From positions 124 to 64,123 of the forward strand of contig DASPNQ010000075.1 in NCBI GenBank assembly GCA_035626435.1: a stretch of DNA of 64,000 nt, given 5' to 3'. The translations under genes and the position numbers were made by a program. The stretch comes from Vicinamibacterales bacterium. Its GTDB lineage: Bacteria > Acidobacteriota > Vicinamibacteria > Vicinamibacterales > UBA2999. Positions 36,331 through 46,448 of this stretch are shown piece after piece (position 1 is the first letter of the stretch; the number at the start of each line of letters is the position of its first letter). Under the pieces are notes generated by a model. That model did no database searches, was not told the origin of the DNA, and saw nothing but the letters and a program-made list of their open reading frames with translations.

Positions 36331-37113
36331 ATGCTTACAGGCACAGCGCGGGAAGCGGTGGCGGAATTCTTCGGGACCTTCATCCTGATCGCGTTCGGCG
36401 TCGGCGTCGTCGCGCAAACCGTCCTCAGCAAGGACGTCAACGGCTCGTTTTTGGCCATCAACATCGGTTGGGGTCTCGCGGTGATGCTCGGCATCTACGT
36501 GTCCGCCGGCGTCTCGGGCGCGCACCTCAATCCGGCGGTGACCGTCGCGCTTGCGGTGCACCGGCAGTTTCCGTGGAGCAAGGTCCTGCCGTACTCGCTG
36601 GCCCAGGTCGCCGGCGCGTTTGCCGCGTCGGCGCTGGTGTATGCGACGTATCGCGAAGCGCTGTCGGCGTTCGACGGTGGGGTGCGCGCGGTTGAAGGCG
36701 CGGCCGCCACGGCGGGCATCTTCGCCACCTATCCGCAGCCGTACCTGTCGCTCGCCGGCGGCTTCGTCGATCAGGTCGTCGGCACGATGCTGCTGATGGC
36801 GGGCGTGCTGGCGGTGACGGATCAAAAGAACGTGGCTCCGCCGGCGTGGCTGACGGCGCCGCTGGTTGGGTTGCTGGTCGTCGCCATCGGCGTGGCGTTT
36901 GGCTTCAACGCCGGCTACGCCATCAACCCGGCGCGCGATTTCGGCCCGCGGCTGTTCACCTTCGTCGCCGGCTGGGGCAGCGGGGTCTTCACGGCCGGCA
37001 ACGGCTGGTGGTGGGTACCCATCGCCGGACCCATCGTCGGCGCGATCCTGGGCGCGTTTCTGTACGACACCTTCATCAACAAGCACCATGTCGCGCCCGA
37101 GGCCAATCGATGA
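36331..37113 (+). CDS. glpF: Aquaglyceroporin (MIP family glycerol facilitator)
   Basis: Two NPA boxes (HLNPAVT, AINPARD) and 6 TM segments. Overlaps glpK through ATGA. Confidence 0.9.
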   Translation: MLTGTAREAVAEFFGTFILIAFGVGVVAQTVLSKDVNGSFLAINIGWGLAVMLGIYVSAGVSGAHLNPAVTVALAVHRQFPWSKVLPYSLAQVAGAFAASALVYATYREALSAFDGGVRAVEGAAATAGIFATYPQPYLSLAGGFVDQVVGTMLLMAGVLAVTDQKNVAPPAWLTAPLVGLLVVAIGVAFGFNAGYAINPARDFGPRLFTFVAGWGSGVFTAGNGWWWVPIAGPIVGAILGAFLYDTFINKHHVAPEANR

Positions 37114-38600
37114 GCAAATACGTCCTCGCCCTCGACCAGGGCACCACGTCCAGCCGCGCGATTGTGTTCGATCGCTCGGGCAAGACGGTGGCCTCGGCGC
37201 AGCAGGAATTTCCGCAACACTTTCCGGGCCCGGGTCATGTCGAGCACGATGCCGAAGACATCTGGTCGACGCAGCTGGCGACGGCGAAAGAAGCGATCGC
37301 TCGCGCCGGCATCAGCGCGGCGGATCTCGCCGCCATTGGCATCACCAACCAGCGCGAAACCACCGTGCTGTGGGACAAGGCCTCCGGCAAGCCGATCGGG
37401 AATGCGATCGTCTGGCAAAGCCGCATCACGGCGCCGATCTGCGATCGCCTCAAGGCGGACGGCCACGAGTCGACCTTTCGCGAGCGCACCGGGCTGGTAG
37501 TCGACGCGTACTTCTCGGGCACCAAGATCAAGCATCTCCTCGACTCGCATGACGGGCTGCGCGACCGCGCGTCGCGAGGCGAGGTGCTGTTCGGCACGAT
37601 CGACACGTTCCTCATCTGGCGGCTCACCGGCGGCAAGTGTCACGTCACCGACGTCAGCAACGCGAGCCGGACGCTGCTGTTCAACATTCATACGATGCAG
37701 TGGGACGACGAGTTGTTGAAGCTGCTCGACGTGCCGCGCGCGATGCTGCCCCAAGTGCGCTCGTCCAGCGAGATCTACGGTCACACCGAGCCGTCGATCC
37801 TCGGCGCGGCGGTTCCCGTCGCCGGCGATGCGGGCGATCAGCAGGCTGCCTTGTTCGGACAGGCCTGCTTCGAGCCAGGGTCGGCGAAGAACACGTACGG
37901 CACGGGCTGTTTCATGCTGCTCAATACCGGAGCGAAGCCGGTGCCTTCGACCAAGGGCCTGTTGACGACGGTGGCCTGGAAAATTGGCGATCAGACGACC
38001 TATGCGCTCGAGGGCTCGGTGTTCGTCGCGGGTGCCGCCGTGCAGTGGCTGCGCGACGGGCTGAAGGCGATCACGGCGTCGCCGGACGTCGAAAAGCTCA
38101 TGGCGGAAGTGCCGGACACGGACGGGGTCTATCTGGTGCCGGCGTTCGTCGGCCTCGGCGCGCCGTACTGGGATCCGCGCGCCCGCGGCGTGATCGTCGG
38201 CCTGACGCGCAACACGCAGATGGCGCATGTGGCCCGCGCCGCCGTCGATGCCATGGCGTATCAGACGCGCGACGTCCTCGAGGCGATGCTATCCGATTCG
38301 CAGCTGCCGTTGACGACCTTGAAGGTGGATGGCGGCGCCGCCGCGAATGCGATGCTGCTGCAATTCCAGGCCGATCTCCTCCAGGTCACCGTCCGTCGTC
38401 CCGTCGTCGCCGAAACGACCGCGCTCGGCGCTGCGTATCTCGCGGGTCTGGCCGTGGGTTATTGGAACGGCCTGGAAGATGTGACGAGAAATTGGGCGCT
38501 CGATCGCGAGTTCCGTCCGGCAATGGATGCGGCGACCCGCGAGAAGCTGTACGCGGGATGGCGGAAAGCGGTCAGCCGATCGCTCGACTGGGAATCGTAG
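37110..38600 (+). CDS. glpK: Glycerol kinase
   Basis: [21 protein letters not shown]..., [12 protein letters not shown] and [15 protein letters not shown] are canonical FGGY/GlpK signatures. The track ORF start at 36846 is an out-of-context extension lying inside glpF. Confidence 0.95.
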   Translation: MSKYVLALDQGTTSSRAIVFDRSGKTVASAQQEFPQHFPGPGHVEHDAEDIWSTQLATAKEAIARAGISAADLAAIGITNQRETTVLWDKASGKPIGNAIVWQSRITAPICDRLKADGHESTFRERTGLVVDAYFSGTKIKHLLDSHDGLRDRASRGEVLFGTIDTFLIWRLTGGKCHVTDVSNASRTLLFNIHTMQWDDELLKLLDVPRAMLPQVRSSSEIYGHTEPSILGAAVPVAGDAGDQQAALFGQACFEPGSAKNTYGTGCFMLLNTGAKPVPSTKGLLTTVAWKIGDQTTYALEGSVFVAGAAVQWLRDGLKAITASPDVEKLMAEVPDTDGVYLVPAFVGLGAPYWDPRARGVIVGLTRNTQMAHVARAAVDAMAYQTRDVLEAMLSDSQLPLTTLKVDGGAAANAMLLQFQADLLQVTVRRPVVAETTALGAAYLAGLAVGYWNGLEDVTRNWALDREFRPAMDAATREKLYAGWRKAVSRSLDWES

Positions 38601-38624
38601 GTCTCGACGCCGGCCGCGCTGGCG

Positions 38625-39563
38625 TCAGCCTGCGGGAAACAAGATCGCACGTGCCCAGTCGTTCTTCGCGGAGAGGTGATACACCAGCGCTAGCGACAGG
38701 CCCGGCGCGTATGCGGCCGCGGGAACGAATCCATTGAAGATCAGCCCCTGGTCGTCGTCGACACACCACGCGCCGAGTTGATGCGCGTCGGGTTCGACGG
38801 TTTCGCTCGCATTCAACTTCTGCGCGAGCGCTTGGTCCGGTTCCACCGGCAAGGTGAGCCGCATTTGTAATCCGCTGCCGAGGGACGCATGCCGTTCCGA
38901 GGCGTCGAGCTCGAGATGCGACGGCAGGCCGGTCGCGAACTCGAGGTCGGCGGTCAGGCGCAGCATGTCGTTCTGCGCCATGGTCCACGGCCGCGGCTCG
39001 ACGTGGACCAGCTCGGCGATCTCATCAACCGTGAACGGCGAATCGGCCTCGCCCCGCTGTTGGTAAATCTCGAGGATCCCGACCATTTCGTCGGGCCGCT
39101 GGCGCAATCCGCGAATCGGGTGCGGCGTGTCGGCGACCCGCGCTTCGAATGCGGCGGCGAGCTCGTGAGCTTCGGCGAACGCGTCGGCCATCTGCAAAGC
39201 CATCGCGTGCAACGCAATCGATCGCGCCAGCAGGTGGTTATCGGCGGTCAGCGACACCGACGAATGCAGCGACACCGTGCGTGCCGTCTGATCGGCGACA
39301 TACGCGCTCAGTGTCGCGAACCTGTTGACGTTGGCGAGCCGGGCCCACGTCGACATCGTCATCGGCACATCGGCCAGCAGGTCGGTGTGAATGTGCAAGG
39401 TCCGGAGCTCGACGCCTTGACAGTCGCGCGGTTCCGCGACCCAGACGCGCTGCGCCAGCGTGTGCGCCCACCAGGTGAAGGACGTGCGCTCCTGGACGGC
39501 CCATTCGGCCTCGATCTGCATCCGCGCGGTGAGGAACCGCAAGACGTCCTCGACGAACTCCAT
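38625..39563 (-). CDS. Hypothetical cytoplasmic protein
   Basis: 312-aa ORF with coding-like composition, no signal peptide and no recognised family. Confidence 0.5.
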   Translation of the reverse strand: MEFVEDVLRFLTARMQIEAEWAVQERTSFTWWAHTLAQRVWVAEPRDCQGVELRTLHIHTDLLADVPMTMSTWARLANVNRFATLSAYVADQTARTVSLHSSVSLTADNHLLARSIALHAMALQMADAFAEAHELAAAFEARVADTPHPIRGLRQRPDEMVGILEIYQQRGEADSPFTVDEIAELVHVEPRPWTMAQNDMLRLTADLEFATGLPSHLELDASERHASLGSGLQMRLTLPVEPDQALAQKLNASETVEPDAHQLGAWCVDDDQGLIFNGFVPAAAYAPGLSLALVYHLSAKNDWARAILFPAG

Positions 39564-39608
39564 TGGGTTCTAGCTTAATGCGCGGTGCAGCGACGCTCGC
39601 CGGCGCGG

Positions 39609-40403
39609 TTACGCGCGCTTTTCCGCGAAGCAGTGATACATCGCAATCGACGCCGCTGTCGTCACATTCAACGAATCGACGTTCAGCGTCGTCGGTATTC
39701 TGGCGGTCAGGGTCGACGCATCGATCGCCTCGCGAGTCAGGCCGTCGCCCTCCGATCCGACCAGCAAGGCCAGCTTCGGCACCACCCTGACGTCCTCTAA
39801 TGGGGCCGCGGACAGGTGAGGGGTCAGCGCGACAACAGTGAAGCCGTCGGTACGCAGGTCGTGGATGGCACCCGGCCATTGCGGTGCCTGGACGTACGGC
39901 ATGGACAGCGTGGCACCCATCGACGTGCGCACGGCCTTGCGATAGAGCGGGTCACCGCAGTTCGGGCCGAGGACGACCAGGTCGATGCCGAACGCGGCGG
40001 CGCTGCGGAACAGCCCGCCGACGTTGTCGGGATTGTTGACGCCTTCGAGCACGAGCACCCGCGACAACGGGCCGGCCGCGATTCGATCCAGGGTTTCGGT
40101 GATCGGCCGTTTCACCAACGCTAGGCAACCGCGATGGATGTTGAAACCGGCGATGCCGTTCATTACGTTCTGGTCGACGAGATAAATCGGCGCGGCGGTC
40201 TTGTGGAGGACGTCGGCAAGATGATCGGCCGCGGTCTGCGTCAGCAGGATGGATTCGATCGTCCACTGCCGCAGGTCGAGCAGCCGGCGGACCACCAGGC
40301 GGCCTTCAGCGACGAATACTCCAAGCTCGACGAGCCGATCCGGCTCGCCGACCCAACGATACCCTTCGACGCGAGGATCCTCGAGTGAGTCGACTCTAAT
40401 CAC
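39609..40403 (-). CDS. TrmH/SpoU-family RNA 2'-O-methyltransferase
   Basis: LVLEGVNNPDNVGGLFRSAAAFG, LLVGSEGDGL, IPTTLNVDSLNVTTAASIAMYH (SPOUT motifs 1-3). Confidence 0.85.
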   Translation of the reverse strand: MIRVDSLEDPRVEGYRWVGEPDRLVELGVFVAEGRLVVRRLLDLRQWTIESILLTQTAADHLADVLHKTAAPIYLVDQNVMNGIAGFNIHRGCLALVKRPITETLDRIAAGPLSRVLVLEGVNNPDNVGGLFRSAAAFGIDLVVLGPNCGDPLYRKAVRTSMGATLSMPYVQAPQWPGAIHDLRTDGFTVVALTPHLSAAPLEDVRVVPKLALLVGSEGDGLTREAIDASTLTARIPTTLNVDSLNVTTAASIAMYHCFAEKRA

Positions 40404-40526
40404 GCTTCACCATCGGCGCGCGCACCCGGCCGAGACGAGCGCCACGCGGCGTCCTTGCGGTCGTCTCGACATATCCAGCACGCTGGGAAATATTGTGAGC
40501 CATGTCGCCGTTTACGACCAAGCCCT

Positions 40527-40575
40527 CGAAGGCCGAACACTGAAGGCCGAAGGCTGAAGGCTGATAGCTGATCGC
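40527..40575. repeat. Tandem heptamer array (CGAAGGC / TGAAGGC / TGATAGC family, 7 units)
   Basis: Read directly: CGAAGGC CGAACAC TGAAGGC CGAAGGC TGAAGGC TGATAGC TGATCGC. It ends one base before the nadE stop codon on the minus strand. Confidence 0.9.
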
Positions 40576-42447
40576 CTACGTCCACTCGTTCTTCTGAACG
40601 ACCGGCATCTGCAACGCCCGCTCGCGATCGAGATCGAGCGAGCCGACGTGCAGGGATAGCGGCGATTGCACCCATTTGTAGATCGATTGCGAGAACAGCG
40701 TGGTGAACCGCGCCGCCCAGCCGTTCAACGTATCGGCGCGGTAATCGGGAAACAATGCGCGAAGCGCCGCGCCAACATCGTCGGGCGACATTTTTTCCCC
40801 GGCGTAGAGGTGCAGGCAGGCGTCGAGGACTGGAAACGGCATCAGCTCGTCGGCGGCGAGCTGCCGGTCGGCTAGCTCCGGGCCGGGATCGGTCGCCAGC
40901 GTCGCCGCGATGCCGGTGAAGTTGAACCGTTGGTGCAATCGCTCCAGTAAGGCGATGACCACGGTCTTCGGGACGTTGGCGATCACCGAGAGCGATCCTT
41001 CGAGATCGCCGCCGATGGTGGTGTAGCCGACGGCTTTCTCGCTCATGTCGCCGGTCTGCAGGAACAACGCCCCGGACGTGTTTGCCCAGTTCCACATGCG
41101 CTGCCCGCGGATGCGCGCCTGGATATTCTGCCGGGTCAATTCGGTTGGCTGCGCGCCGCCGAGCATGTCAACCGTCGCAGCGATCTCACGCTCGACCGCA
41201 TCGTGGATCGGGATGGTTTGCATGGTGACGCCAAGTTCCTCGGCCAGTACGGCCGCCGCATTTCTGGTGTCGCCGCCCGAATGCTTGCTTGGCATGTAAA
41301 ACGCCGTAATCGACGTCCCGCCCTTGATCAACTGCGCTGCCCGCCACGCGACCAGCAGCGTCAACATCGAGTCGCGCCCGCCCGAGAGCGCGATGCCGAG
41401 CAGCTTGAATGCGCCGGTTTTTTCGTAATAGCTCTTGACGCCCAGCGCGAGCGCCTCGAAGAGATCGTCGAGCGCGCGATCGCGCGGGTCGATCTTCGGC
41501 GCGCCCGTCGCGGGCAAGAAGAAGCTGCCGCCGTCCGGGACCGGGTAGGACAGCGACGACGGATCGGCGGTGCCGCCTTCGACGCGAATCGCCGGCACGA
41601 TCTCGCGCAACAAACGGAACGCTTCGCAATCGCTGCGCCAGGTGGTGTTCTCGAGCCGCAGGCGCCTCGTCCGATCGAGATCGACGACGGCTGACCACCA
41701 CCCTTCGGTGAAGCGCGGCGCTTCAAATACGAGACGGCCGTTCTGAAAGATGAAACCGCCGCCATCGAAGATCAAGCCGTCCTGACCACCAACGGCGTTG
41801 GCATACAGCAACAGCGCCTGATTGTCCGCAGCACGGGTTGCCAGCATTTCGCGGCGGGTCGAATCCACACCCATGCGGTACGGCGAACTCGACACATTGA
41901 CGACGATGTCGGCGCCCGAGTAGCAGCGCCGCCGCATCGGGCCGTCCGGCGACCACGCGTCTTCGCACACTTCGATCGCGACCTCGCCGAAGTCGAACTG
42001 AAAGCGATAGTCGCCGAGCGGCACACCGTCGGCGTCGAGCGCCAGGCCGGGACCGCCGCGCGAGAAGGTGCGCCCTTCGTAGAACACGTTATACGTCGGC
42101 AGTTTTTCCTTGGGGACGAAGCAGATGATGCGGCCGCGATGCACGACGGCGGCGGTGTTGAAGATCTGCCCGCTCGCCGACACGGCGAGACCAATCACGT
42201 ACACGGTCGCGGCGTCACGCGTGTGATCGGCGAAGCGTTGCAGCTCGGCGCGCTGGCCAATCAGGAACCCCGGCCACTGCACCAGATCTTCCGGCGGGTA
42301 GCCGCCGACGACTTGTTCCGGGAACGCGGCGATCGTGACGTGCTCCGCCGCCATCTCCGTCGCGACGGCGATCAGCCGGTCGACATTGGAGCGCACGGCG
42401 CCAACGGTCGGACTGACACTCGCTACCGCGAGTTTGGCAAGCCGCAT
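40576..42447 (-). CDS. nadE: Glutamine-dependent NAD+ synthetase
   Basis: N-terminal CN-hydrolase domain and C-terminal NAD synthase domain with the GIALSGGRDS PP-loop. Confidence 0.9.
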   Translation of the reverse strand: MRLAKLAVASVSPTVGAVRSNVDRLIAVATEMAAEHVTIAAFPEQVVGGYPPEDLVQWPGFLIGQRAELQRFADHTRDAATVYVIGLAVSASGQIFNTAAVVHRGRIICFVPKEKLPTYNVFYEGRTFSRGGPGLALDADGVPLGDYRFQFDFGEVAIEVCEDAWSPDGPMRRRCYSGADIVVNVSSSPYRMGVDSTRREMLATRAADNQALLLYANAVGGQDGLIFDGGGFIFQNGRLVFEAPRFTEGWWSAVVDLDRTRRLRLENTTWRSDCEAFRLLREIVPAIRVEGGTADPSSLSYPVPDGGSFFLPATGAPKIDPRDRALDDLFEALALGVKSYYEKTGAFKLLGIALSGGRDSMLTLLVAWRAAQLIKGGTSITAFYMPSKHSGGDTRNAAAVLAEELGVTMQTIPIHDAVEREIAATVDMLGGAQPTELTRQNIQARIRGQRMWNWANTSGALFLQTGDMSEKAVGYTTIGGDLEGSLSVIANVPKTVVIALLERLHQRFNFTGIAATLATDPGPELADRQLAADELMPFPVLDACLHLYAGEKMSPDDVGAALRALFPDYRADTLNGWAARFTTLFSQSIYKWVQSPLSLHVGSLDLDRERALQMPVVQKNEWT

Positions 42448-42519
42448 ATCTGATCCAGCTTACCAAACGTGCATTGCCGGAACGGCGTGCACAATGTGTG
42501 CAATCTGCGCAAGCGGCGG

Positions 42520-43248
42520 TTATTTAGAAAGCGGCGTTTCGCCCAGCACGCGGCTCGCGCGCGGGACGGTTCTGCGCTTGAGGCCGAAGTGCTCGACCGC
42601 GTGCAGCTCGATGTGGGCCATCGCCTCGGCGACGGAATCCGTGAGCAGCATCAGGTCAAGGTCCGCCGCCGAGATCGTGCCTTCCTCGACCATCGTCTTG
42701 ACCATTGCCATGAACGGCGCCCAGTAATCCTTGCCCATCAGCACGATCGGAAACTGCAGGATCTTCCGCGTCTGAATCAGCGTCAGCGCCTCGGTCAGCT
42801 CGTCGAGCGTCCCGAACCCTCCGGGCATGACGATGAACGCGTACGAATACTTGACCAGCACGACTTTCCGCACCCAGAAATAGCGGGTCGTCACCCACCG
42901 ATCGAGGTACTTGTTGGGCTCCTGTTCGAACGGCAGCTCGATGTTGCAGCCCACCGACAGTCCGCCGGCGTCCCGCGCGCCGCGGTTGGCGGCCTCCATG
43001 ATCCCGGGCCCGCCGCCGGTCATCACTGTGAACCCCACCTTCGCCAGCGCCGCTCCCACCTCGCGTGCCAGCGCGTAATAGCGGTGCTGTTCGTCGAACC
43101 GCGCCGAACCGAACACGGTGACGCAGGGACCAACGAAGTGCATGGCGCGGAACGCGCGGATGAAGTCGCGACCGGCGCGAACCAGCAGCCGCAGTTCCTG
43201 AAAACGCGAGTGGGGTCCTTCGAGCAGGACGCGATCCGGTTCGGACAT
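42520..43248 (-). CDS. LOG-family (TIGR00730) nucleotide 5'-monophosphate nucleosidase
   Basis: GGGPGIMEA and PGGFGTLDE motifs. Confidence 0.85.
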   Translation of the reverse strand: MSEPDRVLLEGPHSRFQELRLLVRAGRDFIRAFRAMHFVGPCVTVFGSARFDEQHRYYALAREVGAALAKVGFTVMTGGGPGIMEAANRGARDAGGLSVGCNIELPFEQEPNKYLDRWVTTRYFWVRKVVLVKYSYAFIVMPGGFGTLDELTEALTLIQTRKILQFPIVLMGKDYWAPFMAMVKTMVEEGTISAADLDLMLLTDSVAEAMAHIELHAVEHFGLKRRTVPRASRVLGETPLSK

Positions 43249-43271
43249 CTCTGTTGTAGAGTCTATTCGTT

Positions 43272-45530
43272 ATGTTTCGACAGTCAGGTCTGATCCTCGT
43301 CGCCGGCGTGGTTTTGGCGTTCGCGACCGCGCCCGCCGTTGCGCAAACCGCCGCGACGCCGTCACTTCAACCCCCGGCGGCGACCACCACCGGCACGGTC
43401 GTCGACATTTCCGGCGCGGTGATTCCTGGCGCCGAGGTGGTAGTGACCTGCCGCGATGGGCGCGAAAGCAAACTGACCACCGACGCCGACGGCACTTTTG
43501 ACGCCCGGGTGATGGCGGCGCGTGTGCGCGTGTCTTCCGAGGGGTTCGAGACGATCGACATGGAGATCACGGGCACCGGTCCCGTGCAAATCGTGCTGCG
43601 TCCGGTCAACTTCGCCGACTCGGTCGTGGTCACTGCGACGCGCGGCGCCGACCGTCTGCCGAGCGCCGCGAGCTCGACGGTGCTGACGTCCGCGGAATTG
43701 GTCAACATGGCGGCCGGCGCCCTCGACGACGCATTGCGATCGACACCAGGCTTCACGCTGTTCCGCCGGTCATCGTCGCGCGTCGCCAATCCGACGACGC
43801 AAGGCGTGACCTTGCGCGGGGTGTCGGGATCAGGCTCGAGCCGCACCCTCGTGCTGGCCGACGGCGTGCCGCTGAACGATCCGTTTGGCAGCTGGGTGTA
43901 TTGGAACCGCATCCCGATGGCGGCCGTCGAAAAGGTCGAAGTCGTACGCGGTGCGACGGGCGATCTCTACGGCGCGGGCGCGCTCGGCGGGGTAGTGCAG
44001 TTGTTGACCGTGCAGCCGAGCCGAACGCGCGCCCGGGCGACGTTCGACGGCGGTTCGCACGATACCTTCCGCGGTTCGTTGTTCCTTGCCGGACAGCGCA
44101 ATGGTTGGAGCGCGAGCGGCGCGTTCGAGGGCGTGCGAACGGATGGCGTCTTCGTGCTGGCATCGGAGCTGCGCGGCGCGGTCGATACGCGGGCGCGCAG
44201 CGACTACAACACAGGCTTCGTCACCGCCGGCCGCCGCGGCGACAACTGGCACGTCACGATCCGGGGTGCCGCGTACGCTGAAGAGCGCAACAACGGCACC
44301 GTCGTCCAGGTGAACGACACCGACTGGCGTCAGTTTTCCGGCGACGCCGGGGCCTACCTTGGCGGCGGCGTCCTTGAACTTCACGGCGGCGGCAGCACCC
44401 AGGACTATCACCAGACGTTTTCAGCGGTGGCCGCCGGGCGCGCCACCGAACGACTGACGTTCGAGCAATTCATCGACACGCGCGCCCGCTTCTTCAACGG
44501 GCAATGGACCCGCCCGTTTGGGCGCGCCACGCTGATTGTCGGCGGCGATTACCGCCACACCAAGGGACTCCAGGACGAAATCCCGTTTGTGCTTGTGTCC
44601 GGCGTCAACACGCAACGGCCGACGCTGGTGTCCGGCGGCACCGAAACACTCTCGGCGGGCTATGGCCGCGCCAATCTCGCGGTCACTGACGCGTTGACGG
44701 TTGAAATTGGCGCTCGCGCCGACACCTGGCGGTCGGACCCGCAGGATCCCGCACTACCGACACAGGAAGTGCAGTACGTGAGCCCGCGGGCGGCGGTTTC
44801 CGCGAGGGTCGGGCGAATGCAACTGCAAGCGTCCACGTATTACGCCAACCGCACGCCCAGCCTCAACGAGTTGTTCCGCCGATTCGCAGTGGGCAATTCC
44901 GAAACCCGCGCGAATCCTCAGTTGAAGCCAGAGAAGCTGACCGGCGTCGAGGGCGGCGTGTTGACCCAGTTCGCGCGCGCGTCGTTCCGCGCCACCGCGT
45001 TCTTGAACAATCTCGAAGGCGCCATTGCCAACGTGACGTTGTCACAGACACCCACGGCGATCATCCGCCAACGCCAGAACTCCGACACGATTCGGGCGGC
45101 CGGTCTCGAGTTGGAAGTGGATACGCGCTTCACCAACACCCTGAGCGCCAGCGGTCAGGTGGTATTTACGTCGAGCCACTTCCGTGGATCGGTGGCGACG
45201 CCGGCGCTGCGCGACAACGACGTGCCGCAGGTGCCGAAGGTGCAGGGTGGCGTCGCCGTGACCTGGGCGAACCCGCGCTGGTTCACGGCCGCCACGCAAG
45301 TGCGGTTCAGCGGCAAACAATTCGACGATGACCTGAATACGCCGGCGTTCGTGCTCGGCGCTTATGGTGTCTGGGACGCGACGGTCAGCCGCGCGCTGCT
45401 GCGCGGAGTTCACGCCTTCGCCGCCGTCGAAAACATTCTCGACACCGAGTACGACACGGCGCGGACCCCGCTGCGCTCGGTCGGCTGGCCACGTACGGTC
45501 CGGGTCGGCGCGCGCGTTACTTGGCAATAA
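43272..45530 (+). CDS. TonB-dependent outer-membrane receptor
   Basis: Signal peptide present. Short carboxypeptidase-regulatory-like segment (GTVVDISGAVIPGAEVVV). Plug domain (VVVTATR...LRGVSGSGSSRTLVLADGVPLND) and a barrel ending ...RVGARVTWQ. Confidence 0.85.
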   Translation: MFRQSGLILVAGVVLAFATAPAVAQTAATPSLQPPAATTTGTVVDISGAVIPGAEVVVTCRDGRESKLTTDADGTFDARVMAARVRVSSEGFETIDMEITGTGPVQIVLRPVNFADSVVVTATRGADRLPSAASSTVLTSAELVNMAAGALDDALRSTPGFTLFRRSSSRVANPTTQGVTLRGVSGSGSSRTLVLADGVPLNDPFGSWVYWNRIPMAAVEKVEVVRGATGDLYGAGALGGVVQLLTVQPSRTRARATFDGGSHDTFRGSLFLAGQRNGWSASGAFEGVRTDGVFVLASELRGAVDTRARSDYNTGFVTAGRRGDNWHVTIRGAAYAEERNNGTVVQVNDTDWRQFSGDAGAYLGGGVLELHGGGSTQDYHQTFSAVAAGRATERLTFEQFIDTRARFFNGQWTRPFGRATLIVGGDYRHTKGLQDEIPFVLVSGVNTQRPTLVSGGTETLSAGYGRANLAVTDALTVEIGARADTWRSDPQDPALPTQEVQYVSPRAAVSARVGRMQLQASTYYANRTPSLNELFRRFAVGNSETRANPQLKPEKLTGVEGGVLTQFARASFRATAFLNNLEGAIANVTLSQTPTAIIRQRQNSDTIRAAGLELEVDTRFTNTLSASGQVVFTSSHFRGSVATPALRDNDVPQVPKVQGGVAVTWANPRWFTAATQVRFSGKQFDDDLNTPAFVLGAYGVWDATVSRALLRGVHAFAAVENILDTEYDTARTPLRSVGWPRTVRVGARVTWQ

Positions 45531-45547
45531 CGTCGGAGTCGCTCAGC

Positions 45548-45668
45548 CGATGGCCGAAGGCTGAACGCTGCTGAAGGCTGAAGGCTGTAGGCCGAAGGCT
45601 GAAGGCTGTAGGCCGAAGGCTGATAGCTGATAGCCGATAGCCGATAGCTGATAGCTGATAGCTGTAAG
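45548..45668. repeat. Tandem heptamer array, about 17 units (YGAAGGC/TGTAGGC block followed by YGATAGC block)
   Basis: Read directly. Units are in phase from 45548, apart from one 3-nt insertion at 45569-45571. The last six full units are T/CGATAGC. The array fills most of the 146-bp spacer between the receptor stop (45530) and the next ATG (45677). Confidence 0.95.
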
Positions 45669-45676
45669 ATCGACCG

Positions 45677-46072
45677 GTGTCCGGCATCATTCTGTTCGAC
45701 GGCACCTGCGCCTTTTGTGAGGGCTGGGTCAAATTTTTTGCGACGCGCGACAACGGCTATTTCCGCTTTGGCGCGTCGCAGTCGCCCGAAGCCGCGGCGC
45801 TGCTCGCGAAATACGGCACCACGCGGGACGCGGCGCGCAGCATCATTCTGATCGAAGACAACCAGGTGTTCCTGCGGTCGACGGCGACCTTGCGCATCAT
45901 GAAGCGGTTGCGCCCGCCATGGTCGTGGCTCGGCGTCCTGCTATGGGTGCCGGTGCCAATCCGGGACGCCGTCTACCGGGTCATTGCAGCGATCCGGCAT
46001 CGCATCGCCGGCCGCTCGAACGCGTGCGAGATTCCGCCGCCGGAGATTCGCGCCCGCCTGATTACGCCTTAG
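45677..46072 (+). CDS. DCC-family thiol-disulfide oxidoreductase (DUF393)
   Basis: N-terminal ILFDGTCAFCEGWVKFF (DxxCxxC) signature. Confidence 0.75.
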   Translation: MSGIILFDGTCAFCEGWVKFFATRDNGYFRFGASQSPEAAALLAKYGTTRDAARSIILIEDNQVFLRSTATLRIMKRLRPPWSWLGVLLWVPVPIRDAVYRVIAAIRHRIAGRSNACEIPPPEIRARLITP

Positions 46073-46448
46073 CGATTTCCTTTTCCAGCACGAAGCGGTG
46101 GCAGTGCACCGCGTCGTCTGCGCAGTGGCAAAGCAACGTGATGTTCTGCCTCGCGCCGAGCGTTTTCAACAAGCGCAGCGTCGATTTCTGGCCGTGATTC
46201 TTGATCGTCCTGCTGCGCTCGTCGATCGGGCCATCGAGGAACAGCTCTTCGCGGTAGCGTCGCGTGAACGTTCTCCAGTCGATTTCGCCGGACTGCACCG
46301 CGCGCAGCAGTGTTTCGCTCGGGCCCAACGCGGGCATCCACACGTCGTACTGCGATACCGGCAGTCCGCGGCCGCGGAACCGCGTGGCGAGAATCCGCAA
46401 CCCGTCGTCCTTCCTGATGTTCGACCAGACGCTGCGAGTCCGGATCAC
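46062..46448 (-). CDS. DUF488-family protein
   Basis: RILATRFRGRGLPVSQYDVWMPALGPS...LLCHCADDAVHCHRFVL resembles DUF488. 4-bp overlap with the upstream gene. Confidence 0.55.
   Translation of the reverse strand: MIRTRSVWSNIRKDDGLRILATRFRGRGLPVSQYDVWMPALGPSETLLRAVQSGEIDWRTFTRRYREELFLDGPIDERSRTIKNHGQKSTLRLLKTLGARQNITLLCHCADDAVHCHRFVLEKEIAKA

Noticed and set aside
36846-37109. Upstream extension of the glpK ORF in the track.
   Set aside because: It lies inside glpF in another frame. GlpK homology starts at [14 protein letters not shown] (37110), with an ATGA overlap to the glpF stop.
35692-38228. 465-aa and 437-aa minus-strand ORFs opposite the methyltransferase, glpF and glpK genes.
   Set aside because: They lie antisense to canonical GlpF (NPA boxes) and GlpK. 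Shadow ORFs.
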